From the NCBI GenBank assembly GCA_951406725.2, contig OX597828.1, forward strand, positions 23,498,001 to 23,562,000: a stretch of 64,000 nucleotides of DNA, in the 5' to 3' direction. The notes beneath the pieces were generated by a model. That model saw only the letters and a list, made by a program, of their open reading frames with translations, made no database searches and was not told the origin of the DNA. The position numbers were made by a program, and so were the translations under genes. This document shows positions 14,630 to 28,006 of the stretch, one piece after another (within the stretch, counting starts at the first letter, position 1; each line of letters starts with the position of its first letter). Origin of the DNA: Octopus vulgaris (lineage: Eukaryota).

Positions 14630-15383
14630 GGCGGCGAGCTGGCAGAAACCTTAGCACGCCAGGCGAAATGCTTTCCGGTATTTCGTCTACCACTACGTTC
14701 TGAGTTCAAATTCCACCGAGGTCGACTTTGCCTTTTATCCTTTCGGAGTCGATTAAATAAGTAACATTTACTCACTGGGGTCGATATAATCGACTTAATC
14801 CGTTTGTCTGTCCTTGTTTGTCCCTTCTGTGTGTAGCCCCTTGTTGGCAGTAAATAAATAGGTATTTCGTCTGCTGTTACGTTCTGAGTTCAAATTCTGC
14901 CGAGATCGACTTTACCTTTCATCACTTCGGGTTCGATAAATTAAGTACCAGTTACGCACTGGGGTCGATATAATCGACTTAATCCGTTTGTCTGTCCTTG
15001 TTTGACCTCTCTGTGTTTAGCCCCTTGTGGGCAGTAAAGAAATAGGTATTTCGTCTGCCGTTACGTTCTGAGTTCAAATTCCACCGAGGTCGACTTTGCC
15101 TTTTATCCTTTCGGAGTCGATTAAATAAGTAACATTTACTCACTGGGGTCGATATAATCGACTTAATCCGTTTGTCTGTCCTTGTTTATCCCCTCTGTGT
15201 GTAGCCCCTTGTGGGCAGTAAATAAATAGGTATTTCGTCTGCTGTTACGTTCTGAGTTCAAATTCTGCCGAGATCGACTTTGCCTTTCATCCTTTCTGTG
15301 TCGATTAAATAAGTACCAGTTACGCAATGGGGTCTTTGTTTGTCGCCTCTCTGTTTAGCCCCCAATGAGCAATAAATAAATAG
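14630..15383 (+). mobile_element. SINE family B with four tandem ~184-bp body units
   Basis: One head at 14630; the unit GGTATTTCGTCT..GTTCTGAGTTCAAATTC..GCCCCTTGTGGGCAGTAAA(G/T)AAATA restarts at ~14677, 14861, 15045 and 15229. Confidence 0.9.
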
Positions 15384-15642
15384 ATATTTGATTATGAATG
15401 CAGGGTCATAAGCAAATGCAACCTTTTGAACACTGGATACTTGGGGCCCACCCTGTCGACAATTGCTTTCTGCACTTGACTTACAAAATTTAAAACGATT
15501 TTTTCTTTGGTTGGTTGTGGGGAGGACTGTCAAAAGAGTAAAGTTTGCTAACGAGATGTAGGCGCCTAACCACTTAAATCTACCCCCGCCCCAACAAAAA
15601 ATGAAGTTTCTTGTGCTCACCGTGAGATTTAAATATATATTA

Positions 15643-15793
15643 AAATGCTAAGCAACATTTCGTTCGTGTTTGCGTTCTGAGTTCCAACTCTGTCAACGTT
15701 GTGTTTGTTTATTTTTGGTGTTGATGAAATAAATCCCAATTGCGTTCTGGTACCGATGCCCCGAAATTGCTGGCCTTGTGCCAAAATTTGAAA
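15643..15793 (+). mobile_element. SINE family B, highly degenerate fragment
   Basis: GCGTTCTGAGTTCCAA..GCTGGCCTTGTGCCAAAATTTGAAA matches the other copies. Confidence 0.55.
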
Positions 15794-16704
15794 TGAATTT
15801 TCTTCTACTAAATATTCTTGGATAATTAGATTTGAGATCGGGCGTGATCACATTAATCTCGAAATTTCGAAATATAAATCACACCTAATGAGGAAAAAAG
15901 AATATAACTGATAAATCGTTAATTGTCTTTCAGCGTCCTGTTTAGTTTTGTTCAAAGAGATTTTAAATTATCTGATGGAGTCAATAAGACGAGACGTCGT
16001 TTTTTTTTGTTTTTTTTTCTCTTTTTTTGTAAACATACAAAATGATGCACTTCTAAGCCTAGGATGTAAGGGAGCTTGTGCCATCGTCTTCATTGTTGCC
16101 ACTGTGGTGTTTTATTGTCATTACATCAGAAAACAATACGAATCGTTAAGGTCTCCTTTATCCGGTTTCTGGACCTGCTAGAGATAATATCCGAAACTTT
16201 AAATTATACTCCCGTGGCTTAACAAAATGAAAAGAAACAGGTTATTCGAATATAGTAATCGGATATGAGCTAGATATAGTAACAAAAATATCTCTCAAAT
16301 CACACCCTATCCTCTTACAAAAAGGGAGAAAACTTTGGACCACGAAATCATTAGTGCATGAACAGCCCAAGCCAAGACAGTGATGTTATGAATGAAACCC
16401 TTTTCCACCAAAAGTCTGCTCTGTTTGGATTAAACGGGGGAAAATCAACATCGACATCAGCATCATTAACACACTCCGTTACATATGAAGGGAAACATTT
16501 CAACAATCAGCCCAGCTAACACCCGCCAGTTCAGAGCCCCATTATCTCGAGATGACGACGATGCATCAATGTTATCGCTAACTGTAGACGTCAAAACTCC
16601 TTGAATTCAATGGAGTTCATGTTGGGAACTGAAATCATAAAGAAAACCATTTCCTGAGCCGAGACACAGTCGTCTCGAAATTCACCCTTGTGATTATAAA
16701 TCTA

Positions 16705-17088
16705 CTAGCAGTATCGCCCGGCGTTGCTCGGGTTTGTAAGGGAAATAACCATAAAGCATTTTTAGAGAGTTATAGCCAAAAAATAGCAAAAAAATGGAAA
16801 AAAAATGATGGTAAATTTTTTTTGAGAGTTAAAAAGGTCGAGTTGCGTCCCCTAGACAATCTGTGGTTTGTGTTTCTAATTCTCGACCCCATGTCGAATT
16901 TATCGATTTTTTTCAGAACTGAGGGAACTTTTCAAAATTTTCGCTGCGTTAGTTTTGAATTATGACATTGGGCTATGTGTGTGTCAAGTTTCATCAGAAT
17001 CGGTTGAAAGCAGTGGTCAGGGTGAGGGTACAACCTAACAGACACACAGACACGCAGACAGACAAACTGCCGTTTATATAGAGAGAGA
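16705..17088 (-). mobile_element. Non-autonomous Helitron-like element, copy 1
   Basis: On the minus strand it starts 5'-TC(TCTCTCTATATAAACGGC) and ends CCCGAGCAACGCCGGG hairpin + CGATACTG-CTAG-3'; inserted between A and T with no TSD; near-identical copy at 36385. Confidence 0.85.
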
Positions 17089-17499
17089 TTCCATTAGGAT
17101 TGATCAATGGCTAAACAAAAATATTGATTTCTCCGACACATCCCTCTCTGTAAGCACGCATTGCATATTTGGACAATGCCGCATCAATTCGAACCAATGA
17201 CAATGCGCCAGCTTAATCGCTAAATGTAATAACTAAACCAGCCTGAAAACACTATAGAGCTTCACAAAAATTAAGGGAGACACCTAGGTAACGTAGTGCT
17301 AGATACAATCATGGTCATTTTAACAAAGGTCTATGATCATGTATGGATAGCATTTGATAATACCTCCGATACATTAAGGGTTGGTCCAAGGGTCAGCAAA
17401 AACAGTAACTTAACGGTAACTATCAATTTGAGCCAAAAGGAGTGTGTGTATGTGCTCTCGTGTTTTTCTAGAAATAACAACCATTACGCTCCAAATATC

Positions 17500-17712
17500 G
17501 GTTTCCAATGTTGGCACAAGGCCTGCAATTTCAGGGGTGGGGGAGGTAAGTCGATTACATCGACCCCAGTGCTTAATTTATATTTGATTTATCAACCGCG
17601 AAATGATGAAAGAAAAGTCGGCCTTGGAGGAATTTGAACTCAGACTGTAAAAGCGGACAAAATATCGCTAAGCACTTTGTCCGACGCGCTAACAGTTCTG
17701 CTTCCTCGCCGC
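17500..17712 (-). mobile_element. SINE family B, short form
   Basis: Reverse complement of head, GAGTTCAAATTCC B-box-like motif and CCTTGTGCCAACATTGGAAAC tail. Confidence 0.8.
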
Positions 17713-17774
17713 TTTTTAAGGCCTTAAATATTAATATATTTTCATTAAATATATTACATGACAAAAGGACTAGT

Positions 17775-18152
17775 ATGTTTCTAGAATCTAGATTGCTGTA
17801 AGTTGAAGACCAAAGGTATTTTCAAAGTTGAAATGCGAATGATAATGAGTTTATACCACATTTCGACTTTCTAGAAAGAGACACCATTTTGACTCAAATA
17901 TTACTGAACTGCATTTGAAACAGAAGGATACATCGAATAATCTAGTTTTAGAATCTAGGTCCCGTTAGTTGAAGAAAACATGAATGTCCATGTTGAAATG
18001 CCAACGTGGATGCCTTAATGTGGTCTCTCAAATCCCTAGTAATACCAACTCAAATATTAATGAATTTAAACTATAAAGGCAATTTACCTAAGAATGTTTT
18101 AGAAACTAGAATCCCTCGGCTGAAGAAAAATGGCAGAAGTTATGGCTGAAAT
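17775..18152. repeat. Degenerate tandem repeat, about 2.4 units of 150-167 bp
   Basis: TAGAA(T/A)CTAG at 17782, 17949 and 18100, each followed by (G/C)TGAAGA and TGAAAT; ACTCAAATATTA at 17892 and 18048. Confidence 0.6.
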
Positions 18153-18657
18153 CCCTTTCTTCAAAGGTCTCTTCTATCAGAGCTGGCATGGGGGATAAAC
18201 AACAAGAAGTATAGCATTGGATGGCGCCGTTACACGAAGCAAAAGTGTTTGATGTAAAATGCACTTATAAGGATTTGGAATAATTCTTACTTGATGGAAT
18301 GAAAGGCAACAGATGTACTTAAGGTGAAGAACATTATGATTGTAAAATGTTTTTAATGGTGGGAGATACTCACTGACGTAATCTGGTTAGCTCCCCCCCC
18401 TCTCTCTCTCTCTCTCTCTCTTTCTCCCTCTCTAAGTAATTACGTAGAAGAAGGTCCAACATAATAAATTGCAATCGCTTCTTTATGTTTTTTTTTATTC
18501 AAAGCAAAACGTTACGAGATTACATGAACCCATTAATAGAGATGGAAGTATTACGGGTAGAAGTGATGGTACTACAATTTATGACAGAAATCAAAACAGT
18601 ATTCTGTCTAAATCTAAAACTGAATACACACACAAACACACAAAAAAAAGACACTTT

Positions 18658-18676
18658 ATGAATAATAATAATGACA

Positions 18677-18749
<73 letters not shown>

Positions 18750-18778
18750 TGATGATCATGATCATGATCATGATCATG

Positions 18779-18823
<45 letters not shown>

Positions 18824-18843
18824 TAATAATAATAATAATAATA

Positions 18844-18920
<77 letters not shown>

Positions 18921-18929
18921 GTAATAGTA

Positions 18930-18965
<36 letters not shown>

Positions 18966-18974
18966 GTAATAGTA

Positions 18975-19038
<64 letters not shown>

Positions 19039-19047
19039 GTAATAGTA

Positions 19048-19105
<58 letters not shown>

Positions 19106-19125
19106 TAATAATAATAATAATAATG
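18658..19125. repeat. Long (TAA)n microsatellite with GATCAT and AGTAAT variant units
   Basis: Directly visible, about 470 bp. Confidence 0.97.
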
Positions 19126-19796
19126 ATATTGTAGGATGCAAGTTTATTCTCGTCACGCAATCACGTACTGAGCAAATCACTTTTGAATTGATGACAATAT
19201 TCAAGTAGGAGAACAAATTGTAGGCTGGAAGACAGAATGGGTGATGTTTATGGGAAAGCAACTTCGATTTGTGTGCTTTTACAATTTTGCTACTGTGCGA
19301 CAAACAAATATATAATGTCAAGTACGAGTTAAGCTTTGCAAATAATGCAGGATTATCATAATCGCCTTACGTGGCATGAAACATCGTTTGCAATTTTAGT
19401 GGTTATATTATATGTAAATAAATATGTCTTCCGTAACGTGGAGTTCTTTTAAAAACTCCGAAAATAATCAACTCGCTCTATAGAGCGAATATAATTCAAA
19501 GAAATGGCGATAATTTTCCGTTATTACCAAAGGTCATCCGGCATTGACCCGGAAATATAACCACTTAATTTTACGTGAGGATATTATTTTAAACCCGTTG
19601 TTTATATCATATGCAACAGTTTCAGATTTAACAGATTCATATTTTTATTTTCCTTCTTAGAACATTATTTGCGTTTCAGGAATTCACTTTAAAATGAATG
19701 ATAGAGCATACGTGTGTGTATGTGTGTATATGTGTGTATATGAATAAATGTATATAAATGCATAATAGTGGTTTTTCTCTAATTTATATATGTATG

Positions 19797-19879
<83 letters not shown>

Positions 19880-21035
19880 TATACATATATATATGTACAT
19901 ATATTATATATATATATATATATACACACATATATATATATATTATACATATATATATATGTATTATAGATATATGTGTCTGTATTATAGTATGTGTCTG
20001 TATCTAGCTAGCTATCTGTATATATGTGTGTGTGTATATATAATGTATATGGTTGACCTGTGCAATTTTTATTATGCTCGTCACTATAATTTTAATTTAT
20101 GGAGAAAAAAGTTCCGTTTTTACAACTCTTAAGGGTTTGACATTACGATTTATTGATAAAGGAAATTCGCATATTCAGTTCTTTCTTCTTGTAACTATAA
20201 TCCTATCACCTAATCCTATAAATTTAACACTTAACTCCGACACCTTAACCTTCAACTTTAATCATTACCTCAAGTGCTACTACGAGTGTATTACGCCTTA
20301 CCGTAAACCGAATATTTCCACGCACGTTTGCATACCCCATGTTTAGTAGATGTCGTTCAGAAAAATAAAATTCTAACAAAATATTCAAAGATAATAAAAG
20401 AGTTACAACTTGCTGTATACTCCATGGCGCCGGATAACATATTTTTGTAAAATAAGAGGAAGGAGCCCAGTATATAATTGGCGTTGTATTTCATACAGAG
20501 ATGGTTTCAGTAATTTTTGATATATTCAACGTAGAAATATAAACAAATCATAAAATACATTTGTGGTTAAGCGCACATCATGATCTCTAATTCTGTAACA
20601 TAAAGTTAACTATAATCGAGGGTATCATAAATGTAATATTTTGAGATGCACAAACTGCGATTGACTCTAACAGCCAAAAGATGGAGAATGGCTGGAAATT
20701 CTTTAATGTTTCATCAATGAAATTCGTTCAAATTAATGGTTGTTAGTTATGTTAGTCTGGTCAGGTGAGTCTAGGCTTTTAATATGATGCAATGTTATGC
20801 TAATCTGGTTAGGCTAGGCTAGGATTTTAATATAATGTAAGGTTAGATAAATCCTACATTCCTCACATTGTTGAACTGAAGAGATACAACTACATTGAAA
20901 TAGCGTCTATATACGAATATTAAGCAATCTCCGATTAAAAGATAAATGTGATAGAAACATAATTTACTTAAGTTAAATTAATGTAAGAAATACATAAGGA
21001 TATATTTATTTCATTTAACAATAAGAAAATATAAA

Positions 21036-21239
21036 GCAGCGAGCAGAATCATTAGCACGCCAGGTAAAATTCTTAGCAGCATTTCGTCCGTCTTTACGCT
21101 CTGTGTTCAATATCCGCCCAGGTCGATGTTATGCTACATTCTTGCGGGGACAATAAAATGAGACTCAATTGAGCACTGAGGACGATGTAATTGAGTTACC
21201 ACCTCCTCGAAATTGCTGGCATGTGCCAAAAGTTGAAAC
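21036..21239 (+). mobile_element. SINE family B, degenerate
   Basis: GCAGCGAGCAGAATCATTAGCACGCC..CATTTCGTCCGTCTTTACG..TGTGCCAAAAGTTGAAAC. Confidence 0.7.
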
Positions 21240-21382
21240 TACTAATGAGAAAATATTATTAATAATATGTATTAATTGAAAAGTGATTATCATCCTTGCC
21301 GTAGTAGCTACGGAAGAGCACGACTAATCAATTGAAAGATTCCTTTAACAGAATGTTCAACATTAATGGAAAGAAAAGTATA

Positions 21383-21553
21383 GGCGCAGGAGTGGCTGTG
21401 TGGTAAGTAGCTTGCTAACCAACCACATGGTTCCGGGTTCAGTCCCACTACGTGGCATCTTGGGCAAGTGTCTTCTGCTATAGCCTCGGGCCGACCAATG
21501 CCTTGCGAGTGGATTTGGTAGACGGAAACTGAAAGAAGCCTGTCGTATATATG

Positions 21554-21584
<31 letters not shown>

Positions 21585-21790
21585 TTGTGTGTCTGTGTTT
21601 GTCCCCCTAGCATTGCTTGACAACCGATGCTGGTGTGTTTACGTCCCCGTCACTTAGCGGTTCGGCAAAAGAGACCGATGGGATAAGTACTGTGCTTACA
21701 AAGAATAAGTCCCAGGGTCGATTTGCTCGACTAAAGGCGGTGCTCCAGCATGGCCGCAGTCAAATGACTGAAACAAGTAAAAGAGGAAAA
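21383..21790 (+). mobile_element. tRNA-derived SINE family A, full length
   Basis: Pol III A-box-like TGGCTGTGTGG and B-box-like GGTTCAGTCCC in a tRNA-sized head, internal (TA)/(TG) tract, A-rich tail; closely matches 36919-37324. Confidence 0.9.
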
Positions 21791-22145
21791 AGAGTATGAG
21801 ACGTTGAAGAAATCTGATGATATTACATTATGGCATTAGGTTTAGATTTATATCTTATAGTTATTGCGGTAGGTTGATATGTAACGAAATTAATTGTGAA
21901 GAGGGATTTAAAAAAAAAAAAGGAAAAAATAGGAAGGACGAGGCTGATTAGAAAACGAAAATGAAAAAAAAAATCATGGGAACAGCTAAAATATATAAAC
22001 TTTTCTTGAAATTTAACCTGAAAATATATAATACCTTAACGTAGAGAAATACAACGACACGGACAAAAATATTCACACACACACCAATGCGCGCGCGTGC
22101 ATGCGTATGTTTCTGACTATACACATTTATATAGTTTTATATACG

Positions 22146-22208
<63 letters not shown>

Positions 22209-22914
22209 GTATCGATATATATGTATGCATATATATATATATATATAAACATAAATACAAATATACACTGATGTCAGTGGAAGTGGCGGCGGTTTACCCC
22301 CACCCACCCACCCCAAAAAAACCACGTTATGAACAAGAGTGCATTTTGCGCCAGAATCCAATATAAGAATTTTTCGCATGACAACTACCGCAGTGTATAA
22401 CTCGTTCATACAAATATACATACATATATGCTTATATGCCTATTATACACACAAACGCGAATCCCTATACGTCTATATAGATAGATAGATACGGTTAAAA
22501 TTGGAATGAAAGAACAATGTTCATAGGTAGGAGCATTCGTCTTATTTTTCTATTCTTAAATAATTGTAAAGACAAAAACAAAAAGACTAATCAAAGGGAA
22601 CTGTACACACGCAAACACACACACACAGGCACACATACGCACACACAAACACACACATACACAAATATATGTACACGTGTTTACAAAGGACGGTGAAACA
22701 ATCAGCCACTCCTGAAAGACAATCATGATTCTCGTTTTCCCGCCTCGCCGCCAGCCACCCTCTCCCGTTTTTACCGATTTCGTCTTACAACCTATTCTAC
22801 GTCATCCATCTTAAATCAGAATATTCGAGTATTACATTTAAGAGGACAATGCATTCATTCATACACACGCGATTACGTAAAGTGCCGTGCATCGCATGTT
22901 GAGTAAATATGCGC

Positions 22915-22982
22915 GCGTACGTCTGTGCCTGCGTGCGTACGTCTGTGCCTGCGTGCGTACGTCTGTGCCTGCGTGCGTACGT
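22915..22982. repeat. 20-bp minisatellite (GCGTACGTCTGTGCCTGCGT), about 3.3 copies
   Basis: Directly visible exact units. Confidence 0.9.
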
Positions 22983-23335
22983 GTGTGTGCGTATGTTTGT
23001 GTCTGTGAGGGTCTGTGTTGTTTGTGAGTGTGTGTTATGCCCAAGCACCCGTTTATCTGTTGATGTTCGTGTGTGTGTAGTAGCGTGTGAATTTGTACTC
23101 ATAAATATATATATATATATATAACAATGACATCGTGCGTGTACACCTACATATACGCGCACGCACACACGCATTCACACATAGTTGTGTGAGTATAAGC
23201 ATACATATATATATACACATATATAGGAACACAAATATTAGACAAAACTCCTTTACCACTTGTTACCAATATACACTCTAACATCTACGTGAATATATAT
23301 ATATATATATAACTATAGATATAGATATAGTATAT

Positions 23336-23410
<75 letters not shown>

Positions 23411-23879
23411 TATGGGGGATGAGTGCCTCTGTGTGTGTCTGCGTTTGTCTATATATGTGTATATATATGTATATATATGTATATATGTGTGTGTATGTGT
23501 CTGCATGTTCGCGTGTGTGTGTATGTTGCGTGCATGTACTTATGTACATATGTATGTCGTGTCTGCCGTAGAGTCCATACGTTCATATTTATATATATAT
23601 ATATACGTACTAATATGCATACATAGAGAGTCTGATAAGGTATTGTGATAAGTAAATGGAAAGATAGATACACAAGGACAGGACATCCACATAGAAGCGT
23701 AAATATTATATGCGTTCAAAAGAATGCAGTCCCATAAAAGACTATGTGCGCGCGTGTGTGTGAGTGTAGATGCGTGTGTGTGAGAGTGAGTATATGGATG
23801 CGGCAGGGTGCGTATGGTGCGGTGGTGTATAGCAATACATATACGCATACGCATTCCTACATACATGAATAAAGCGCGT

Positions 23880-23898
23880 GCGTGCTTTCACATACGTA

Positions 23899-23948
<50 letters not shown>

Positions 23949-23963
23949 CATATATATATGTAT

Positions 23964-24006
<43 letters not shown>

Positions 24007-24069
24007 ACATACATGTACATATATGTATACATATATATATATATGTGTGTGTATATTTATATATATGTA

Positions 24070-24115
<46 letters not shown>

Positions 24116-24128
24116 TACAGAGAGAGAG

Positions 24129-24215
<87 letters not shown>
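23880..24215. repeat. (CA)n/(TA)n/(GA)n microsatellite block
   Basis: Directly visible. Confidence 0.95.
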
Positions 24216-24220
<5 letters not shown>

Positions 24221-24812
24221 GTTCATGGATGAATATATGCCTTCATATCTTCGCATGCAGGCATGCATTGTTATATACATAAGACATTTACCGAAAATGA
24301 CGGATTTTAAATGCACTTAAGACGCAACAACAATGTTTCTGCATTAAGAATCCTTCATTAAACAGAACTCGACTTAAGTTTCCTGCTTTTATTAGCCATT
24401 CAAAGTGGATTAATCTGCTAATCCTTTCGCTGCACATATCGTTTGTTCCAACTTTAACTGCTTCGGTCACACACATAACAAATACGCTACACTCTTTCCT
24501 CTTTTCGTACATGAAACGTCGTGTGTTCTCTCTAATTTTATACATTATATAATGCTTGTCATTTATTTTTGCTCGTCTTTATCCTTATCGAGCCCAATCG
24601 ATGGCGTGTAATGCAAGCGCCATCTGTTTTGTCGAGTGCGCGCATCCACTACACACTTGTGTGTCGCAGTTTCATCTTGGCACGTGGCAGAATGAAGTTG
24701 CTTTTACGATTAAGGTCCCGCGTTGAAGATTACTTATATACATACACACACACACACATGCACACACAAGCATACACTCATACGCACTCAAACACATATA
24801 TACACATATAGA

Positions 24813-24863
<51 letters not shown>

Positions 24864-24983
24864 GTATACGTATATTCATACATACGTACTTATATGCATG
24901 TATATATAAGTATATATCTATATAAATATGTATGTATATATATATACATATATATATACACGTATATATAAATATATATGTAT

Positions 24984-25016
<33 letters not shown>

Positions 25017-25623
25017 GATAGATAGATATGAATATGAATATATATACACAAAAACACACTCATGTATGTTTGTGTGTGTATATATATATATATATGTATT
25101 TATGCATATATATAGAGAGGGAAGAGATGGATTTAAATACGTGTGTGTTTGTATGTATGTGTGTGTGTGTGTGTGTTTGTGTGTGTGTATGTGTGTGTAT
25201 GTGCGCGCGCATATTTATATATTATAGTGAGGTGGAGTAAAACTTTGAGATTCCGGGATTAGGGATGTATTATTTTATTACAAATACGAAAAGGTTTTAA
25301 ACAACTGAAATTGTTTCTGTCACATCTGAAACAGCACAATTTCACTCATATCCTGAAATGAAATTTAAAAACAGGATAAATGTACATACATATATTGCTT
25401 GCGTGCGTGTTTATGTGTGTGCCTTTGTGTGTTTGTGTGTGACTGTGGTTGTGTCTGTCTGGGTAAGCATGCATATATATACATATATATTTATATATAT
25501 ACATATATATATATAGATAGATATATTAGTATGTGTATATACGTGTGTGTATATATGTATATGCATGTGTGGGTATAAATATATACATATACATATATAT
25601 ATATATCTATATATATATCTATA

Positions 25624-25682
<59 letters not shown>

Positions 25683-25746
25683 CGAGTGCGTGTATATAAG
25701 GATACCTAGCTAGACAGACAGGCAAACAGATAGATAGATAGATAGT

Positions 25747-25825
<79 letters not shown>

Positions 25826-26349
25826 GAAATGCTTATTTGGCGTAGTGTATAACAATGGTACAGATGACCGCTTTGCAACTACGATGTAAAAGGGTTTTTT
25901 TCTTCTACTGCGTGGCGTTTGACCAAAATACCCCTTTACATATAATCCTGTCACCCCCATACTATGTAAGTGAAATTAGGTAGACGCCAGTTACATTGTA
26001 ACCCATTCTGGTGGGTCGTTTCTGAAATTACAAGGTGCATCCTCAGCTTAAATTCTGTCATGTGGATTCTGACAGGGAATACAGGTTAAGTGTAAAAGCT
26101 TCAGTAAATCCATCAACCATTTGCAGATAATTTTTTTTACCTTAATTCAGGCAAAGGAGATACATTCGATCAAGTAACTGAATCCTCGTCATCGAATGAT
26201 GGAGATCCAACCCAGTACCCCAACCAAATATACATTGATCGATTTAGTTGTATTATACATTATTCAAATATAAGAATCGATAAACTGAAGGGTTCTTAAA
26301 CCTGTAGATGTCACAGAGTTTAGGAAAGTAAGAGTCATTGACTGTCTAA

Positions 26350-26560
26350 TCTATTATATAAAATCCGTTCTGTCTGTCTGTGTGTGTGTCTTCTACGATC
26401 TCGGGCATCCTCCATCCGATTGCGCTCAAATTTGATCTGTAGATACCGACTGTATCAGGGCATGTACAAGTCTTGAAAAAATTAGAAAAATCGATTCCAG
26501 GTGAGAATGCGATCGATAAAGCCGTGGGAACGTGCATGTGTAAAATCGTTTTTTTTTTTG
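26350..26560 (+). mobile_element. 5' part of a Helitron/Helentron-like non-autonomous element
   Basis: A|TCTATTATATAAAA then CTGTCTGTCTGTGTGTG and CCGATTGCGCTCAAATTTG, the same layout as the 5' end of the 16705-17088 element; 3' end not identified. Confidence 0.5.
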
Positions 26561-26967
26561 GAATAGAAAAAAGTCTATCTTTATTTCTTATTTTGCTGGT
26601 GTCTCAAATTTAGGTTAAATCAGTGTTTCTCAAAGGAGAGACCTATCGGACGTTCGGACATTTGGTTTAGATGTTTGACAACTCAGCACCGTCTATTGGA
26701 TGGGGTGGGTGCTTCTGCTCGTATCCTGATATAGGAAGATTAAAACAGCCCATGTTTATTCTGAATCTTACAGGTGTTTTTTCGTTTAACAACAAAGCTA
26801 AATCGAACATAAATTTCAGAAAGGGTTTCAGTTAGGGAGTTGATTTATATAACATGTTTGCTGTGGAAAACCCTAGTGATTATAAATGATGCAGATCTCT
26901 GACAAGAGTCATTTCCGCCGTAAATATACGTCGCTTTCTTTATATCTAGCTCTATATAATCTATATA

Positions 26968-27178
26968 GCGACGCAGTGCTTAGTGATAAGGTCATTTTGA
27001 GATTGGGATTTCGATTCCTGTACTGGCAGACGCCTTGTGGTCTTGCGTAAAATACTTCATCTCGTGTTACTTCCCTCCACTCAGCTGGCAAAAGTGAGTA
27101 AACCTGCGATGATCGGCACCCCGTCCACGGAAACTGGGAAACCGGCTCTATGACTGTATATGACTCGGGAAAGATCTC
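26968..27178 (+). mobile_element. Degenerate tRNA-derived SINE, family D (shares body with family C)
   Basis: Degenerate A/B boxes (TGCTTAGTGA; TTTCGATTCC) and TCCACTCAGCTGGCAAAAGTGAG, related to the minus-strand copy at 39118-39455. Confidence 0.55.
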
Positions 27179-27793
27179 TTCGTATGATCTATTGCCTTTC
27201 CCATTTCAAGCCTGTAGCATATAATTTGAAGGAATTTCGCAGAGTCTTCGAGCCAATGGAATGTCTACGTATACATATCCTTCTTGTGATTACTATATAT
27301 GTCAAAGTTTCAAACGCAATCAAGTGTATGCGTAGTATCAGGTATATATAATTTTATGTAAAAAGATTTACTGTAGGTTAAATAATATGATCCACACCAG
27401 AAATAATTTGCTTTCTGATTTGTAATGCAATGTCCATTGTTGCGATGTAACAAACGGCGAAATGCATGGCTCTTAACACTTCAGTTCACTTAAGTATGCA
27501 GACGTGACATACTGCGTTGTTGGATATGCAGTGTGTTGCTGTAAATAAGCGCAAAACTATGGATTTAATGATAAAAATTTCTGCTGTTCTTAAGTACATA
27601 AACGGTTTCGGTGACTTCAATAATTTATTTGCAATAACATAACGCCATTTAGACAACCAGATAATGTGGATCGCGGATTTAGTCTTTCAAAACAAGTAGA
27701 TGACTGTCAGTCTCCAAAATTGGTCCGACTCTGATAAGGAAATTTTCCATTCTAGTCACATCTTGGAATTTAGAAATTAATTTTATGATATTA

Positions 27794-28006
27794 GTTTCAA
27801 ATGTTGGTACAAGGCCAGCAATGTCTCATGGTAGGAGTAAGTTGATTACATCGACCGCAGCGATCAAATGGTACTTATTTTACCGAGGCCGAAAGGATGA
27901 AAGCCAAAGTCGACTTTGCTGGAATTTGAACTCACAACGTAATGACGGACGAAATGCCGCTAAGCATTTCGCCCGACATACTAACGTTTTTGCCAGCTCG
28001 TCGTCT
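27794..28006 (-). mobile_element. SINE family B, short form
   Basis: Reverse-complement match to the family B head and body. Confidence 0.8.

Noticed and set aside
14630-15383. Regularly spaced repeats as a possible CRISPR-like array
   Set aside because: Units are ~184 bp, contiguous, have no unique spacers, and match dispersed SINE copies; the context is eukaryotic.
18469-19321. Poly-N/L/I/Y ORFs
   Set aside because: (TAA)n microsatellite.
19473-19488. 16-bp perfect palindrome TCGCTCTATAGAGCGA
   Set aside because: About one such palindrome is expected by chance in 64 kb; no supporting context.
20195-20850. Degenerate TAACC/GTTAG-like runs suggesting interstitial telomeric repeats
   Set aside because: No run of exact TTAGGG units; too degenerate to call.
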